From NCBI GenBank assembly GCA_017864995.1, contig GCA_017864995.1_4097.1: a stretch of 64,000 nucleotides of DNA; one strand, given 5' to 3'. Position 1 is the first letter of the stretch. Every line of letters starts with the position of its first letter. Of the stretch, positions 41,212 through 50,447 are shown one piece after another. Under the pieces are notes generated by a model. The model worked only from the letters and a program-made list of their open reading frames with translations, ran no database searches and was not told where the DNA came from. Source of the stretch: a phage. The translations under genes were made by a program, and so were the position numbers.

Positions 41212-41625
41212 ATGTTAAAAGTTATTTTCCGTTCTATCAGTTCATTACTTCTTATGATTAGTTCAGTTTGTTATGCAAATGAAGTATCTGATTTATTTGA
41301 GAAGAATTACCCAACTGCACAAGAGATGGGTGTTTTAAAATGCAAGCTAACTTCGTACAACATCATCGGCAGTAAACTTGTACTGGAACATGAACGTAGT
41401 ACACCAATCCCTCTAGTAGAAGAAGGTAGTACCTTTAGCTTCAAGTACGGGGTGAATGTAACATCTGGTGTAATGAACAATGTTGATGCAGAGACTGGTT
41501 CAACATGGAGTACTAGCGGTAAAGATGTGTTTCATCGTATGCGTGAAAATGGTAAACTGAAGTACGTATATGAAAGTTCATTCATGAAACGTGTATTCAT
41601 TATAAAAAATTGTGTACCAGCATAA
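41212..41625 (+). CDS. secreted hypothetical protein
   Basis: 137 aa ORF; signal-peptide-like N-terminus ending CYANEV. Confidence 0.6.
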   Translation: MLKVIFRSISSLLLMISSVCYANEVSDLFEKNYPTAQEMGVLKCKLTSYNIIGSKLVLEHERSTPIPLVEEGSTFSFKYGVNVTSGVMNNVDAETGSTWSTSGKDVFHRMRENGKLKYVYESSFMKRVFIIKNCVPA

Positions 41626-41636
41626 GGAACAACATC

Positions 41637-41912
41637 ATGCGTTCATTTGAAAACTTAATCGGTAAACTTCGCTTACAAGAAATTGAAGCTGATGTGAAGG
41701 AATTATCTGAAACTAAGAGTTACATTCATTTAGATGAACTGTTTATTAAGTACGGTGAGATTGGTTTTAAGTCATTATTTGTTTTTGTCATGAAGGTGCA
41801 TAGTTTAAAGTACTTTGATTTGAGTTCAAAAGACGGACAACCAAATCTGTATTACATGTATTATCTTAAGAACATAGACGAAGCTAATACATTATTCTTA
41901 GAATATATGTAG
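41637..41912 (+). CDS. hypothetical protein
   Basis: Track ORF 41610 trimmed to ATG 41637 (SD AAGGAA). Confidence 0.55.
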   Translation: MRSFENLIGKLRLQEIEADVKELSETKSYIHLDELFIKYGEIGFKSLFVFVMKVHSLKYFDLSSKDGQPNLYYMYYLKNIDEANTLFLEYM

Positions 41913-41923
41913 GGGTAAAAAAA

Positions 41924-42262
41924 ATGGAACAACATTTTGAATTAATTAATAAGGTATCATTTTATGTAGTATCGTTAATTTGGGTGTATTACATGTTTTG
42001 TTACATTATTGCATTCTTCCGATACACAACCTTGTATCAACGCATATACTACGATGCACCCATTTCATTTATGATGTTCTGTGCATGTACGTGGGGGATA
42101 ATTGAAGCACTGGTATGTGGATATAGTACTGACGAATTAAATCTCGTATCGGGGTTGACATTACTAACAATTGCCATTATGATAGCTACTGTTCCGATAT
42201 TTTTGCTCTTTAAACTGCTTCATCGTATTGATGAGTGGCGTGATAAAATCCCTGAAAAGTAA
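41924..42262 (+). CDS. small polytopic membrane protein, basic-C-tail family (copy A1)
   Basis: 112 aa, 3 hydrophobic segments, C-terminus RIDEWRDKIPEK. Confidence 0.6.
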   Translation: MEQHFELINKVSFYVVSLIWVYYMFCYIIAFFRYTTLYQRIYYDAPISFMMFCACTWGIIEALVCGYSTDELNLVSGLTLLTIAIMIATVPIFLLFKLLHRIDEWRDKIPEK

Positions 42263-42271
42263 GGATTGATA

Positions 42272-42613
42272 ATGATTTTCTACACTAATGCTTTTGCTTA
42301 TGCTATTGCATCAATCTACATTGTGTACTTCTTATTTGGTGGAGTACTGTACTTCTTTAAGTACAAAACATTGTTTAACCGAATGTATCCAAATCATCCA
42401 ATTGTTGTAGTACTTTTGATTATTTCTGTTGCTCACATCATTGTAGAAACAATAATGGGTATTAGTGCAGTACATTACAGTCTAGGTACTATTGTGATTA
42501 TTACTATGATCATCGCATACATTTTAGTAATGGGTTTTGGTTTATTTGGAAATGTAGCAATGAAATTGTATAATCGAATCAAAACATTACGTGATAATCT
42601 ACCGGAGCGTTGA
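42272..42613 (+). CDS. small polytopic membrane protein, basic-C-tail family (copy A2)
   Basis: ATG 42272 with SD AAGGA; C-terminus RIKTLRDNLPER. Confidence 0.6.
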   Translation: MIFYTNAFAYAIASIYIVYFLFGGVLYFFKYKTLFNRMYPNHPIVVVLLIISVAHIIVETIMGISAVHYSLGTIVIITMIIAYILVMGFGLFGNVAMKLYNRIKTLRDNLPER

Positions 42614-42614
42614 G

Positions 42615-42959
42615 ATGTATAATTTAAATTTAATATCATATATCATAACAACACTGTTTACTTTCTATGCCTTTGTTGGTATACTCCTACTGTACTTTAA
42701 ATTTTATAAACTTTTTGATCGTTTTTATCCGTCATTAGAACATGAATTCTTATTAGTGATGTACATATGTCTAACGTTTATGTCTACATTTTTCACTGCA
42801 TCTGATGGTATCATTGGTATTAAAGCTGAAGAACCAAATGGGAGTACGCTTGTTGCCTTTATTCTGGTAGGATTTTTCAGTACTTATATTACCTTTATTT
42901 CAGGATGTACCGTGATTGATTATCTTGTGAAATTACGAGATAAAATGCCAAATCGATAG
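42615..42959 (+). CDS. small polytopic membrane protein, basic-C-tail family (copy A3)
   Basis: Track ORF 42591 trimmed to ATG 42615; C-terminus VKLRDKMPNR. Confidence 0.6.
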   Translation: MYNLNLISYIITTLFTFYAFVGILLLYFKFYKLFDRFYPSLEHEFLLVMYICLTFMSTFFTASDGIIGIKAEEPNGSTLVAFILVGFFSTYITFISGCTVIDYLVKLRDKMPNR

Positions 42960-42968
42960 GGGATTGCT

Positions 42969-43226
42969 ATGTTTGCATTGCGTAATAAAAATACAAAAGA
43001 GATTCTATGTATCTCAATAGTATGGGATTGTGCAGGAAGTGAAATGATTCTCGAAGAAGGTTCAGGTGATTGTGTTTATGTTGTTCAGGATCGTCGCGAA
43101 CTGGAATCATTACTTGACGAATTTAATGCTGGTGGAAATCCTAAAAGTACTCAATTCCCTGAGATCAGGAATCCAGCACCACCAGGCTCTTATGAAATTC
43201 TACAACTGTGGGAGATGGATAAGTAA
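42969..43226 (+). CDS. hypothetical protein
   Basis: 85 aa ORF; SD GGGGA upstream. Confidence 0.55.
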   Translation: MFALRNKNTKEILCISIVWDCAGSEMILEEGSGDCVYVVQDRRELESLLDEFNAGGNPKSTQFPEIRNPAPPGSYEILQLWEMDK

Positions 43227-43606
43227 TGCGTCAAATGCACAAAGTAACCGAGCTAAACAAGCGTCTGATTAAACAATCAATGTTTGAGGATAAAGAGTCT
43301 TACTATAACTTCAAACGTGCTGTAGAGGCTGCTATCCACATTCAGAAGCTTAAAGATAGTGGATGTATTATTCTCGAAAATGGTTCTGACGTTGTTACTG
43401 ATGACTTCAGTGTAGCGTTTGATGTTTCACCTGATGGTTCGCTATCAATGCCACGCTTAGGGACTGGTGACATGACTGTGTGGGTAGGTTTCACTATGGG
43501 GAATGTACCAGGCACGGTGTATGTAGATGATGCTGAGTTGAAAGAAAGCTTCAAAAACTTATCGCATCTTGAACCACAATACGCACATGAAATGAATTTA
43601 TTTTGA
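43226..43606 (+). CDS. hypothetical protein
   Basis: 126 aa ORF; TAATG overlap. Confidence 0.6.
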   Translation: MRQMHKVTELNKRLIKQSMFEDKESYYNFKRAVEAAIHIQKLKDSGCIILENGSDVVTDDFSVAFDVSPDGSLSMPRLGTGDMTVWVGFTMGNVPGTVYVDDAELKESFKNLSHLEPQYAHEMNLF

Positions 43607-43607
43607 G

Positions 43608-43635
43608 TTGACAAACTCATTCAGTACTGTATAAT
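43608..43635 (+). promoter_or_regulatory. early promoter (TTGACA-16-TATAAT)
   Basis: ttgacaaactcattcagtactgtataatgtttatcaa; same family as 28429 and 10748. Confidence 0.6.
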
Positions 43636-43682
43636 GTTTATCAAGGGGATGAACTTCTCATCCCCACAATCGAGGAATTGTC

Positions 43683-44237
43683 ATGATTACTTTTAAGAAA
43701 ACTGCTAACCACATCCATGAGATCTACATTAACGGTCACAAAGCTGGCCTTCTTCGTTTACTCGCCCATCATCCGAATATTACCGTATCTGATAATGAAC
43801 CTAAAGATTGGCGTGTATTTTTCTTTGGAAAGTACAGTGATTTTCAAGTATCAAACCTGAAGAACATTCGTTCAGTATGCACGTTAACTGAAATTAAAGA
43901 AAAGTTAACCAAAGCATTGAAAACTAATCCAGATAGTGTTCTTCCACCTGATAACTTTGTAGAGAAAGGATATGCCTTAGCTCATTTCAAAGATGGTACT
44001 ATTCAATCTATCAGTACTGAATATGAATATCAATGGACTGAGTACTTCACTTATGGATCGCGTAATACATTGATGGCTTCACGTAGTAAATTGGAAGAAG
44101 TACTGACTCGTATGAATGAACGCGAGCGTCAATTTTATGACAAACCAGAAATGTGGAGTTCAACTTACATTGACCGTATTGACTATGTTATTATGACTCC
44201 AATCTTTGACACTGCTTACTATGATTCTTTGAAATAA
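43683..44237 (+). CDS. hypothetical protein
   Basis: 184 aa ORF; SD GAGGAA upstream. Confidence 0.65.
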   Translation: MITFKKTANHIHEIYINGHKAGLLRLLAHHPNITVSDNEPKDWRVFFFGKYSDFQVSNLKNIRSVCTLTEIKEKLTKALKTNPDSVLPPDNFVEKGYALAHFKDGTIQSISTEYEYQWTEYFTYGSRNTLMASRSKLEEVLTRMNERERQFYDKPEMWSSTYIDRIDYVIMTPIFDTAYYDSLK

Positions 44238-44248
44238 GGATAACTTAT

Positions 44249-44425
44249 ATGAAACTACGTACTCGTAATCGACTGATGGATGCACTGTACCATGAACAGC
44301 TTTCACTGAATGAAGTGAAGCGTCAGTTAATGTACACATATCTGTTACCCGCTCGCATTGCAAAACAACGTGCTAAAGAATTGCTGAAAGAAGCAATCGA
44401 GTACTGGGAATCTGATTCGTACTAA
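44249..44425 (+). CDS. hypothetical small protein (58 aa)
   Basis: Not in track; SD AAGGA upstream; hand-translated. Confidence 0.45.
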   Translation: MKLRTRNRLMDALYHEQLSLNEVKRQLMYTYLLPARIAKQRAKELLKEAIEYWESDSY

Positions 44426-44453
44426 TTGTCACGTTAATTAAGTGAGGCGATAA

Positions 44454-44705
44454 ATGAAAATTTTATTAGTTCTAATACTACTAATTGTTTTACCATTTAC
44501 GTTAGTATCCCCTGAACTTGCATGGAATGTGTTTGTGTACTTACTATGTACTATTGTAGTAAATGGTATCTTGATCTTAGTTCTATTCATAAATGGAATA
44601 GGACACGGTGGAGGATGGACCAGTACTGCTGATATTGTACATAAAACCACTATGTTTTTATTTGTAGTGTGGAATTTATTCTGGACTTGGTTTGTGTTCT
44701 TCTAA
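44454..44705 (+). CDS. small polytopic membrane protein
   Basis: 83 aa, 3 hydrophobic segments. Confidence 0.5.
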   Translation: MKILLVLILLIVLPFTLVSPELAWNVFVYLLCTIVVNGILILVLFINGIGHGGGWTSTADIVHKTTMFLFVVWNLFWTWFVFF

Positions 44706-44714
44706 TTAAAAAAT

Positions 44715-45086
44715 ATGAATATAGATTTGAAAGGTGCAACACGAACTGTCATACTCATTGGGGAATATGCTATCAAGATTCCAACCTTTAAAAGTTGGAA
44801 GCTATTCTTAACAGGGATGATAGCTAACCTCAATGAACGTTCGTGGATGCAGTACTCCAAGCGTAGTGATACTGGTATCTGTCCTACTTTGTGGTCATCA
44901 TGTACTGGACTAGTAACTGTACAGAAACGTTGTAAGCCAGTACAACATAGGGGTTTATTTTGGGTGGAGTTGTGTGCTTTAGCATTGAATTCAGAGTTAA
45001 GTACTGACTTCTTTTATTCAGATGCGAAGCCAGAAAACTTTGGGTATCTGTGTGGTAAGTTGGTTAAACTTGATTATGGAGATTAA
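44715..45086 (+). CDS. hypothetical protein
   Basis: 123 aa ORF. Confidence 0.6.
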   Translation: MNIDLKGATRTVILIGEYAIKIPTFKSWKLFLTGMIANLNERSWMQYSKRSDTGICPTLWSSCTGLVTVQKRCKPVQHRGLFWVELCALALNSELSTDFFYSDAKPENFGYLCGKLVKLDYGD

Positions 45087-45087
45087 T

Positions 45088-45357
45088 ATGTACGCACTGT
45101 ATAATAAAGAAAAGAAACGATTTGCTAAGGTTGAAATTTCGATTGATACATTTGACATGTTGGAGTACTGTATTGTAACGGACCTATATGCTAACTTGTA
45201 TTACGTTCTTGATGACGTATCAGTACTGCAACGATTGCTTGAGAATTCCAAAAGTCAATGCCAGGGCATCCATGATGGTTCATCTTATGAAACACCTGAG
45301 TGTTCCTACGGCTATCTGGACGGGTATGAGATTGTGAAGTTGGGGATTGTTGAATAA
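45088..45357 (+). CDS. hypothetical protein
   Basis: Track ORF 45022 trimmed to ATG 45088 (SD GGAG) after upstream stop. Confidence 0.5.
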   Translation: MYALYNKEKKRFAKVEISIDTFDMLEYCIVTDLYANLYYVLDDVSVLQRLLENSKSQCQGIHDGSSYETPECSYGYLDGYEIVKLGIVE

Positions 45358-45369
45358 ATGGATTAAACA

Positions 45370-45783
45370 ATGAAGAAGTGTATCACGTGTAATATTGAAA
45401 AAGACATTAGTGAATTTGGTATAAGAAGTGATACTGGGAAACATAGAAATACATGCAAAGGTTGTAGTAATATTACCAGTAAGAGAACCAGAAATAAAAA
45501 AACTGATGTAAAAACACTTGAAGAAATCAAAAGAAAAAATAAAGATTTCATGACCAGAGTTAAATCATTTTATGGTTGTAGTGTTTGTATGATGAAGTAT
45601 CCAGAATGTTTAGACTTTCACCATCTTGACCCTAATACCAAAGAACATACACCAAGTTCTATGTTCAGTAAAAGTCGAGATGCTATCAAAGATGAAATTC
45701 GAAAGTGTATGATTCTTTGTTCTAATCACCATCGCATGGTACATTCTGGTAGACTATGTTTGATTGAAAGAAAAAAGGGTTGA
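45370..45783 (+). CDS. HNH endonuclease (freestanding, homing-endonuclease-like)
   Basis: CITC...CKGC...LDFHHLDPNTKEH...CMILCSNHHRMVH fits HNH with zinc-binding cysteines; stop codon TGA lies inside the TTGACT of the downstream cassette. Confidence 0.65.
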   Translation: MKKCITCNIEKDISEFGIRSDTGKHRNTCKGCSNITSKRTRNKKTDVKTLEEIKRKNKDFMTRVKSFYGCSVCMMKYPECLDFHHLDPNTKEHTPSSMFSKSRDAIKDEIRKCMILCSNHHRMVHSGRLCLIERKKG

Positions 45784-45809
45784 CTTCGGTCAGCCCTTTT
45801 TGCTATAAT
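45777..45809 (+). promoter_or_regulatory. terminator-promoter cassette (PeSL-like)
   Basis: gggttgac-TTCG-gtcagccc, TTTTT, TATAAT at 45804, leader catttcatcgaaacgagagg. Confidence 0.7.
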
Positions 45810-45837
45810 CATTTCATCGAAACGAGAGGATGAATAC

Positions 45838-46281
45838 ATGACACGCATTAACTTAGTACACGTTAAAGAACTTGCTGACCAACATCTGATGGCTGAATAT
45901 CGTGAACTCCCACGTGTGTTTGGTGCTGTACAAAAACATGTTCAAGCACGTAAGCGAGTCCGTGATTTCAAAATTAACAGTACTTACCTGTTAGGTTCAG
46001 GTCATGTAACATTCTTCTACAACAAGTTATTGTACTTACAGAAGCGTCATATTGATATTGTTAACGAATGTTTGCGTCGTGGGATGAAGATTCAAAACAC
46101 TGAAGTAAACGACATTAGCGGATTCCCTACTGAGTTTTGTAATGACTACGTACCATCGGAGTCAGAGATTAAAATGTCTCGTGAGCGTTTGATTGAGAAG
46201 CTACAGATGAAGCCTACGTGGTATAAGTTTACTGATGTTGAGTTACCTGAGTATTATCGTTCTATGATAGTGTATTACTAA
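45838..46281 (+). CDS. denV: pyrimidine dimer DNA glycosylase / endonuclease V
   Basis: N-terminus [35 protein letters not shown]...VRDFKI...GHVTFFY...PTWYK matches my memory of T4 endonuclease V nearly residue for residue over the first ~60 aa. Confidence 0.85.
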   Translation: MTRINLVHVKELADQHLMAEYRELPRVFGAVQKHVQARKRVRDFKINSTYLLGSGHVTFFYNKLLYLQKRHIDIVNECLRRGMKIQNTEVNDISGFPTEFCNDYVPSESEIKMSRERLIEKLQMKPTWYKFTDVELPEYYRSMIVYY

Positions 46282-46321
46282 AAATACACCATAAATGAAG
46301 AAATTATTTAATACAAATGTG

Positions 46322-46350
46322 TTGACCAGTGGTTGACATTTATGTTAACA
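46322..46350 (+). promoter_or_regulatory. possible promoter (TTGACC-17-TAACAT)
   Basis: gttgaccagtggttgacatttatgttaacat upstream of 46382; weak. Confidence 0.3.
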
Positions 46351-46381
46351 TATCAGTACTGAAAACTAAAGAGATTGAGTA

Positions 46382-47836
46382 ATGTTTGAAGAATTTTACA
46401 TGAACTTAAAAAATGAAAAAGTATTCATACATAGTGAATGTGGGATGTCATTTCAATTCATTGATAATAGTATTCTTCCAGATTACTATAAGAATGTGAT
46501 CAATAAATTGAGAACCATAAATTCAAACATTACGATTTTTGGATTCTGTGTAAGCTCATTAGATGAGCTATCATCTAAATCAAAAATTCTTTTCATGTAT
46601 AAGAATGTTTTATATTTAAATATGGATCAACATACCTTAAAAAATAAAATTTCCAAAACAACAGATTTGAAATTTGTAGTTCCATATAATAATGATAACT
46701 ATTTTTATTACATTACCCAAAAAGTGAAAAAATTTGGGGCATGTATTTTTGAAAATGAAAAAATAAGTGATGGTGCAAATACTATAATTAAATACAAATG
46801 TCACGACGGTCATATAACCAACAAAACTATAAAGGCGATTCACAATAATCCAGATAAATGTATGATGTGTGCTGGCATAGCCCCACTAACCCAAGAAAAT
46901 GCATCATCTATCGTTGCGGAGAAATGTAAAGAAAAAAATCTTGAATTTACTCCATTTACATATATCAATATTTCTACCAAAATAAATCTATATTGTAAGA
47001 TTCATGATTATTCTTGGGTATCAGTGTATAATAACATCAGGAATGATGGGTTTGGGTGTAAGTATTGTGCAAGTGCAAAAAATTCAATGCTACGCAAACC
47101 AAAAAACCCACAACAAGAAATTGAAAAAATATGTGTTGAGAATGGGTATAAATTAGTGGAGCCTTTTGTATATACCAATCAAACCACAGTCATTCATTTA
47201 ATGTGTGATAAACATCCAATACCCCACACATGGAAGACTGCTTATTCATCTTTGGTATATTCAAAGACTAAGTGTAACTTATGTCAAACACATAAATCAT
47301 CTAGGGCGAATATCATTAATAAAGAAGAACGTAAAGCTCAAGTTCAAGCAAAAAGTTTAAAAAATGACTGGGTATTGAAAGATTTTGAATTTGGGGGAAG
47401 TGTTTGTAGAAATATACATCTTGAATGTCATAAGCATAGTCGAGTACATAAGTGGACAACAACCTATCATCATTACATTGTTCGTGATCAAGGTTGTGCA
47501 GCCTGTAATAATGGTCATACACAGCAATATGCTTATATTAATACTATTTTAGACAATGATTTACCTGTGGCTTTAAAATATGGTATTGAAAAACAAAAAG
47601 GAACAAGAGTTAAGACACAAAATAGAAAATCATTATTTAAAGTACAGTCATTGTATGTTTATGTATTCCAAAGCGTAGAACAGTGCAAGAACGCTGAAAA
47701 AGAATGTAAGAAGATTTTTGGAAAAGGTATTTTATCTAAACGCGAAATGTGTGATGGATATACTGAAACAACCACAATATTAAATTTGGGTAAAATCATT
47801 GAAATCTATGAAAAATGGGGTGGCGTAAAACAATAA
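46382..47836 (+). CDS. Cys/His-rich repeat protein (four C-x-H ... G-C-x2-C modules; putative zinc-binding DNA-binding or nuclease-like)
   Basis: Repeats YKCHDGH...CMMCAG, LYCKIHDY...GCKYCAS, LMCDKHP...CNLCQ, LECHKHS...GCAACNN spaced about 55 aa apart. Confidence 0.7.
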   Translation: MFEEFYMNLKNEKVFIHSECGMSFQFIDNSILPDYYKNVINKLRTINSNITIFGFCVSSLDELSSKSKILFMYKNVLYLNMDQHTLKNKISKTTDLKFVVPYNNDNYFYYITQKVKKFGACIFENEKISDGANTIIKYKCHDGHITNKTIKAIHNNPDKCMMCAGIAPLTQENASSIVAEKCKEKNLEFTPFTYINISTKINLYCKIHDYSWVSVYNNIRNDGFGCKYCASAKNSMLRKPKNPQQEIEKICVENGYKLVEPFVYTNQTTVIHLMCDKHPIPHTWKTAYSSLVYSKTKCNLCQTHKSSRANIINKEERKAQVQAKSLKNDWVLKDFEFGGSVCRNIHLECHKHSRVHKWTTTYHHYIVRDQGCAACNNGHTQQYAYINTILDNDLPVALKYGIEKQKGTRVKTQNRKSLFKVQSLYVYVFQSVEQCKNAEKECKKIFGKGILSKREMCDGYTETTTILNLGKIIEIYEKWGGVKQ

Positions 47837-47844
47837 TAAGAAAA

Positions 47845-47877
47845 GGGTTGACTTCGGTCGGCCCTTTTTGCTATAAT
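47845..47877 (+). promoter_or_regulatory. terminator-promoter cassette (PeSL-like)
   Basis: gggttgac-TTCG-gtcggccc, TTTTT, TATAAT at 47872, leader tatttcatcaactgatgagg; near-identical to 41153 and 45777. Confidence 0.7.
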
Positions 47878-47905
47878 TATTTCATCAACTGATGAGGATA
47901 ACGAA

Positions 47906-48676
47906 ATGACCAGAGAAGCACGTAGCATTCAAATTCAGAAAAACTTCAACTCCATGATGGTTGCTCTTGAGTGTTTGCTCGACGATAGCAGTACTGTAAA
48001 AAGTATGGTTGTCAGCGGTGCACCTGGTGTTGGTAAGACTTACACCCTGTCACAACGCCTCCAGAAAGCTCATGACGCAGCAGAATGGAACGTAGCTACT
48101 ATCAGTGGTAAGATGACTACTCTTGCTCTGTATGAAGTTCTGTACAAGAATCGTCACAGCACCAACGTATTAGTACTGGATGATATGGACAGCATCTTTG
48201 ATTCAGAAGACGGTATGAACCTACTCAAAGCAGTACTGGACAGCGGTAAACGTACTGTGTCTTACATGACTAGCTCTAAGTACTTAACTACCAACGGTAT
48301 CCCTAACAGCTTTGATTTTAACGGTCGTATCGTGTTCATTACTAACAAAGATTTAGCACTGAATGCTAAAGCTAAAACCAAAATGTCTGCTCACTATGCT
48401 GCTCTTATGTCTCGCTCTGTGTATGTTGACTTACAGATCCAGACTAAAAGCGATATCATGATTCACATTGAAAACGTAATGAACAAGACCAACATCCTGT
48501 CAACTAAAGGTGTTAATAGTAATGGTAGCAAAGCAATCCTGAATTGGATGCTGAAACATGAAGATGCACTTCGTGCTCCTTCACTGCGTATGCCTCTGTT
48601 GATTTCAGCAGTATACAACAACAACCCGTATGATTGGGAAGAGCAGTGCGAAAACTTGTTCCTTGAGAAAATTTAA
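47906..48676 (+). CDS. P-loop NTPase (AAA-like ATPase)
   Basis: Walker A VVSGAPGVGKTYTL and Walker B-like NVLVLDDMDSIF. Confidence 0.7.
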   Translation: MTREARSIQIQKNFNSMMVALECLLDDSSTVKSMVVSGAPGVGKTYTLSQRLQKAHDAAEWNVATISGKMTTLALYEVLYKNRHSTNVLVLDDMDSIFDSEDGMNLLKAVLDSGKRTVSYMTSSKYLTTNGIPNSFDFNGRIVFITNKDLALNAKAKTKMSAHYAALMSRSVYVDLQIQTKSDIMIHIENVMNKTNILSTKGVNSNGSKAILNWMLKHEDALRAPSLRMPLLISAVYNNNPYDWEEQCENLFLEKI

Positions 48677-48743
48677 TTACATGTATTGACTGTACTATCA
48701 TAGTGTAGTACTATAACTTAATATTCACCACCGGAGATACGAT

Positions 48744-49082
48744 ATGCTTGAGTTTTTTAATTCAGATACAATGCTTAGTATTACTTTGATTTATCTGTTT
48801 GGTTTTTTCTTTTATCATGCACTAGTTGTAGTACTATGGTATTTTAAAAAGAAAATCGTTTTCAAACTGTATCCTGATGGAAACATTTCACTACTTCTTT
48901 TCACTATTATCCAAGGTATGTTTGCAATTGTTGGTCTTATCGCACACTTAATTTATTGTGCTAATCCACAGTTGAACTCAATATCACAATATATTGTATT
49001 CCTTGGATTACTAATTTGGGTGCTGATATACTTGTTTAATCTCATCATTAATGGTAGAGCAAAAATTCGTGGGGACTTCTAA
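48744..49082 (+). CDS. small polytopic membrane protein, basic-C-tail family (copy B1)
   Basis: 112 aa, 3 hydrophobic segments. Confidence 0.6.
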   Translation: MLEFFNSDTMLSITLIYLFGFFFYHALVVVLWYFKKKIVFKLYPDGNISLLLFTIIQGMFAIVGLIAHLIYCANPQLNSISQYIVFLGLLIWVLIYLFNLIINGRAKIRGDF

Positions 49083-49429
49083 TGTTTGAATCTTATCTTG
49101 AGTTGTTAAAGAGTAGTTCTGTTGCACATTCAATTGCAGGGATTATTCTAACAGGTTATGTAACATTTTGGGTAGTTATGTTTCTAGGATGGTATTTTAA
49201 ACGACAATTCTATAAGCGTAATGGTGAAGATTTTATGAATTCTTTCATTAATCAATCGTTGTTTGCATCAACATTGATAGCATGTATTGTAGCAACACTC
49301 ACAGGAAAGGTACTGCCAGCATTCTCCGCAGTTTACGGTACATTGGGTATGATATGTGTAGTTTTTTACTTGACCATTAAACTTTGTTGTGTTATGATTG
49401 AACTTCGAAACAAGATACCGGAGGAATGA
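49082..49429 (+). CDS. small polytopic membrane protein, basic-C-tail family (copy B2)
   Basis: C-terminus ELRNKIPEE resembles copies A1-A3; TAATG overlap. Confidence 0.6.
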   Translation: MFESYLELLKSSSVAHSIAGIILTGYVTFWVVMFLGWYFKRQFYKRNGEDFMNSFINQSLFASTLIACIVATLTGKVLPAFSAVYGTLGMICVVFYLTIKLCCVMIELRNKIPEE

Positions 49430-49764
49430 TGGAATATTTTTTACACTTAATGCCGTGGTATATGAAAGTTAGTACTATGTACTATATTCTTAGTGCTGGA
49501 TTCTACTTTCTGATGTGGTTCTTCAAACGACCAATTTCAGTATTCATCTCTGATAACATGCTGCAATTAAAATTACACGCATGGTTTGGTATGGCGATGT
49601 TCATGCCTATTATTCACTACTCAATGATTAGTAGAGGGTTCCGTTCCAATGGTGAACCAATTATATTAGTATTCTATTGGGGTTCAACTATTGCATATGT
49701 AAGTTTGTTGTTGTTCCCAGTCGTTCATAAATTACGTGCTAAAGTTCCTGATGCGAGGTACTAA
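49426..49764 (+). CDS. small polytopic membrane protein, basic-C-tail family (copy B3)
   Basis: C-terminus HKLRAKVPDARY; ATGA overlap. Confidence 0.6.
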   Translation: MMEYFLHLMPWYMKVSTMYYILSAGFYFLMWFFKRPISVFISDNMLQLKLHAWFGMAMFMPIIHYSMISRGFRSNGEPIILVFYWGSTIAYVSLLLFPVVHKLRAKVPDARY

Positions 49765-50078
49765 TGGATATCGTAACATTGATTTACACGCTTTATTCAT
49801 TCTATTTTATTATGTGTTGGGTTGGATTTTTATTTGTACTGAAGATGTTTGATTATGTTGAAAAACAGATAAAAGAATTTTGTATTCCTTTTATTGGGTC
49901 AACCATTATTAGTATTACTTGCTTGTATTATTTGATATGTGATCCACCTGTTAATACAGCAATGATTGACTTCATGTTATTACCAACAACTGTTATTTTT
50001 TTATGTAGTCTGATGCCACCGATTAGCCGTGGACTAACTGAATTTAGACGCAATCAAAAGCGTAAACGAGGGATGTGA
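49764..50078 (+). CDS. small polytopic membrane protein, basic-C-tail family (copy B4)
   Basis: C-terminus TEFRRNQKRKRGM. Confidence 0.6.
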   Translation: MDIVTLIYTLYSFYFIMCWVGFLFVLKMFDYVEKQIKEFCIPFIGSTIISITCLYYLICDPPVNTAMIDFMLLPTTVIFLCSLMPPISRGLTEFRRNQKRKRGM

Positions 50079-50446
50079 TGGAAATTGCACTTATTATATT
50101 AACTTCTATGTTGTTTATTAGTACAATTGTTATTATTGGCAAGTTCTTCTGTGTATCCTTCTTGGAAACCGTATACGATGAAATTGCTGATGATTATGAA
50201 TTACATGCGGGATTTTTTACTACGTATTGGATTAGTTTATTACTACTTATCACTGTATGGATTTTACATATATTCAAATGGGGTATGGTAGATGGTGATC
50301 CAGTACTGGCAATTATCTGTGTAGTGTTTGGTCTACTCGGTGGTGCTGTCCATAATCTGATGGTAATTTGGCAAACCGTACAATATGTATTAGTTCCACA
50401 TTTTCAGAGAATGCACCAAAGCATCAAATACCGCAAACGAGGATAA
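50075..50446 (+). CDS. small polytopic membrane protein, basic-C-tail family (copy B5)
   Basis: C-terminus QSIKYRKRG; ATGA overlap. Confidence 0.6.
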   Translation: MMEIALIILTSMLFISTIVIIGKFFCVSFLETVYDEIADDYELHAGFFTTYWISLLLLITVWILHIFKWGMVDGDPVLAIICVVFGLLGGAVHNLMVIWQTVQYVLVPHFQRMHQSIKYRKRG

Positions 50447-50447
50447 C

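Noticed and set aside
26039-47877. Possibility that the repeated hairpin cassettes are a CRISPR array
   Set aside because: Repeats are separated by whole genes (0.7-8 kb), not by uniform 30-40 bp spacers, and each carries promoter and terminator features.
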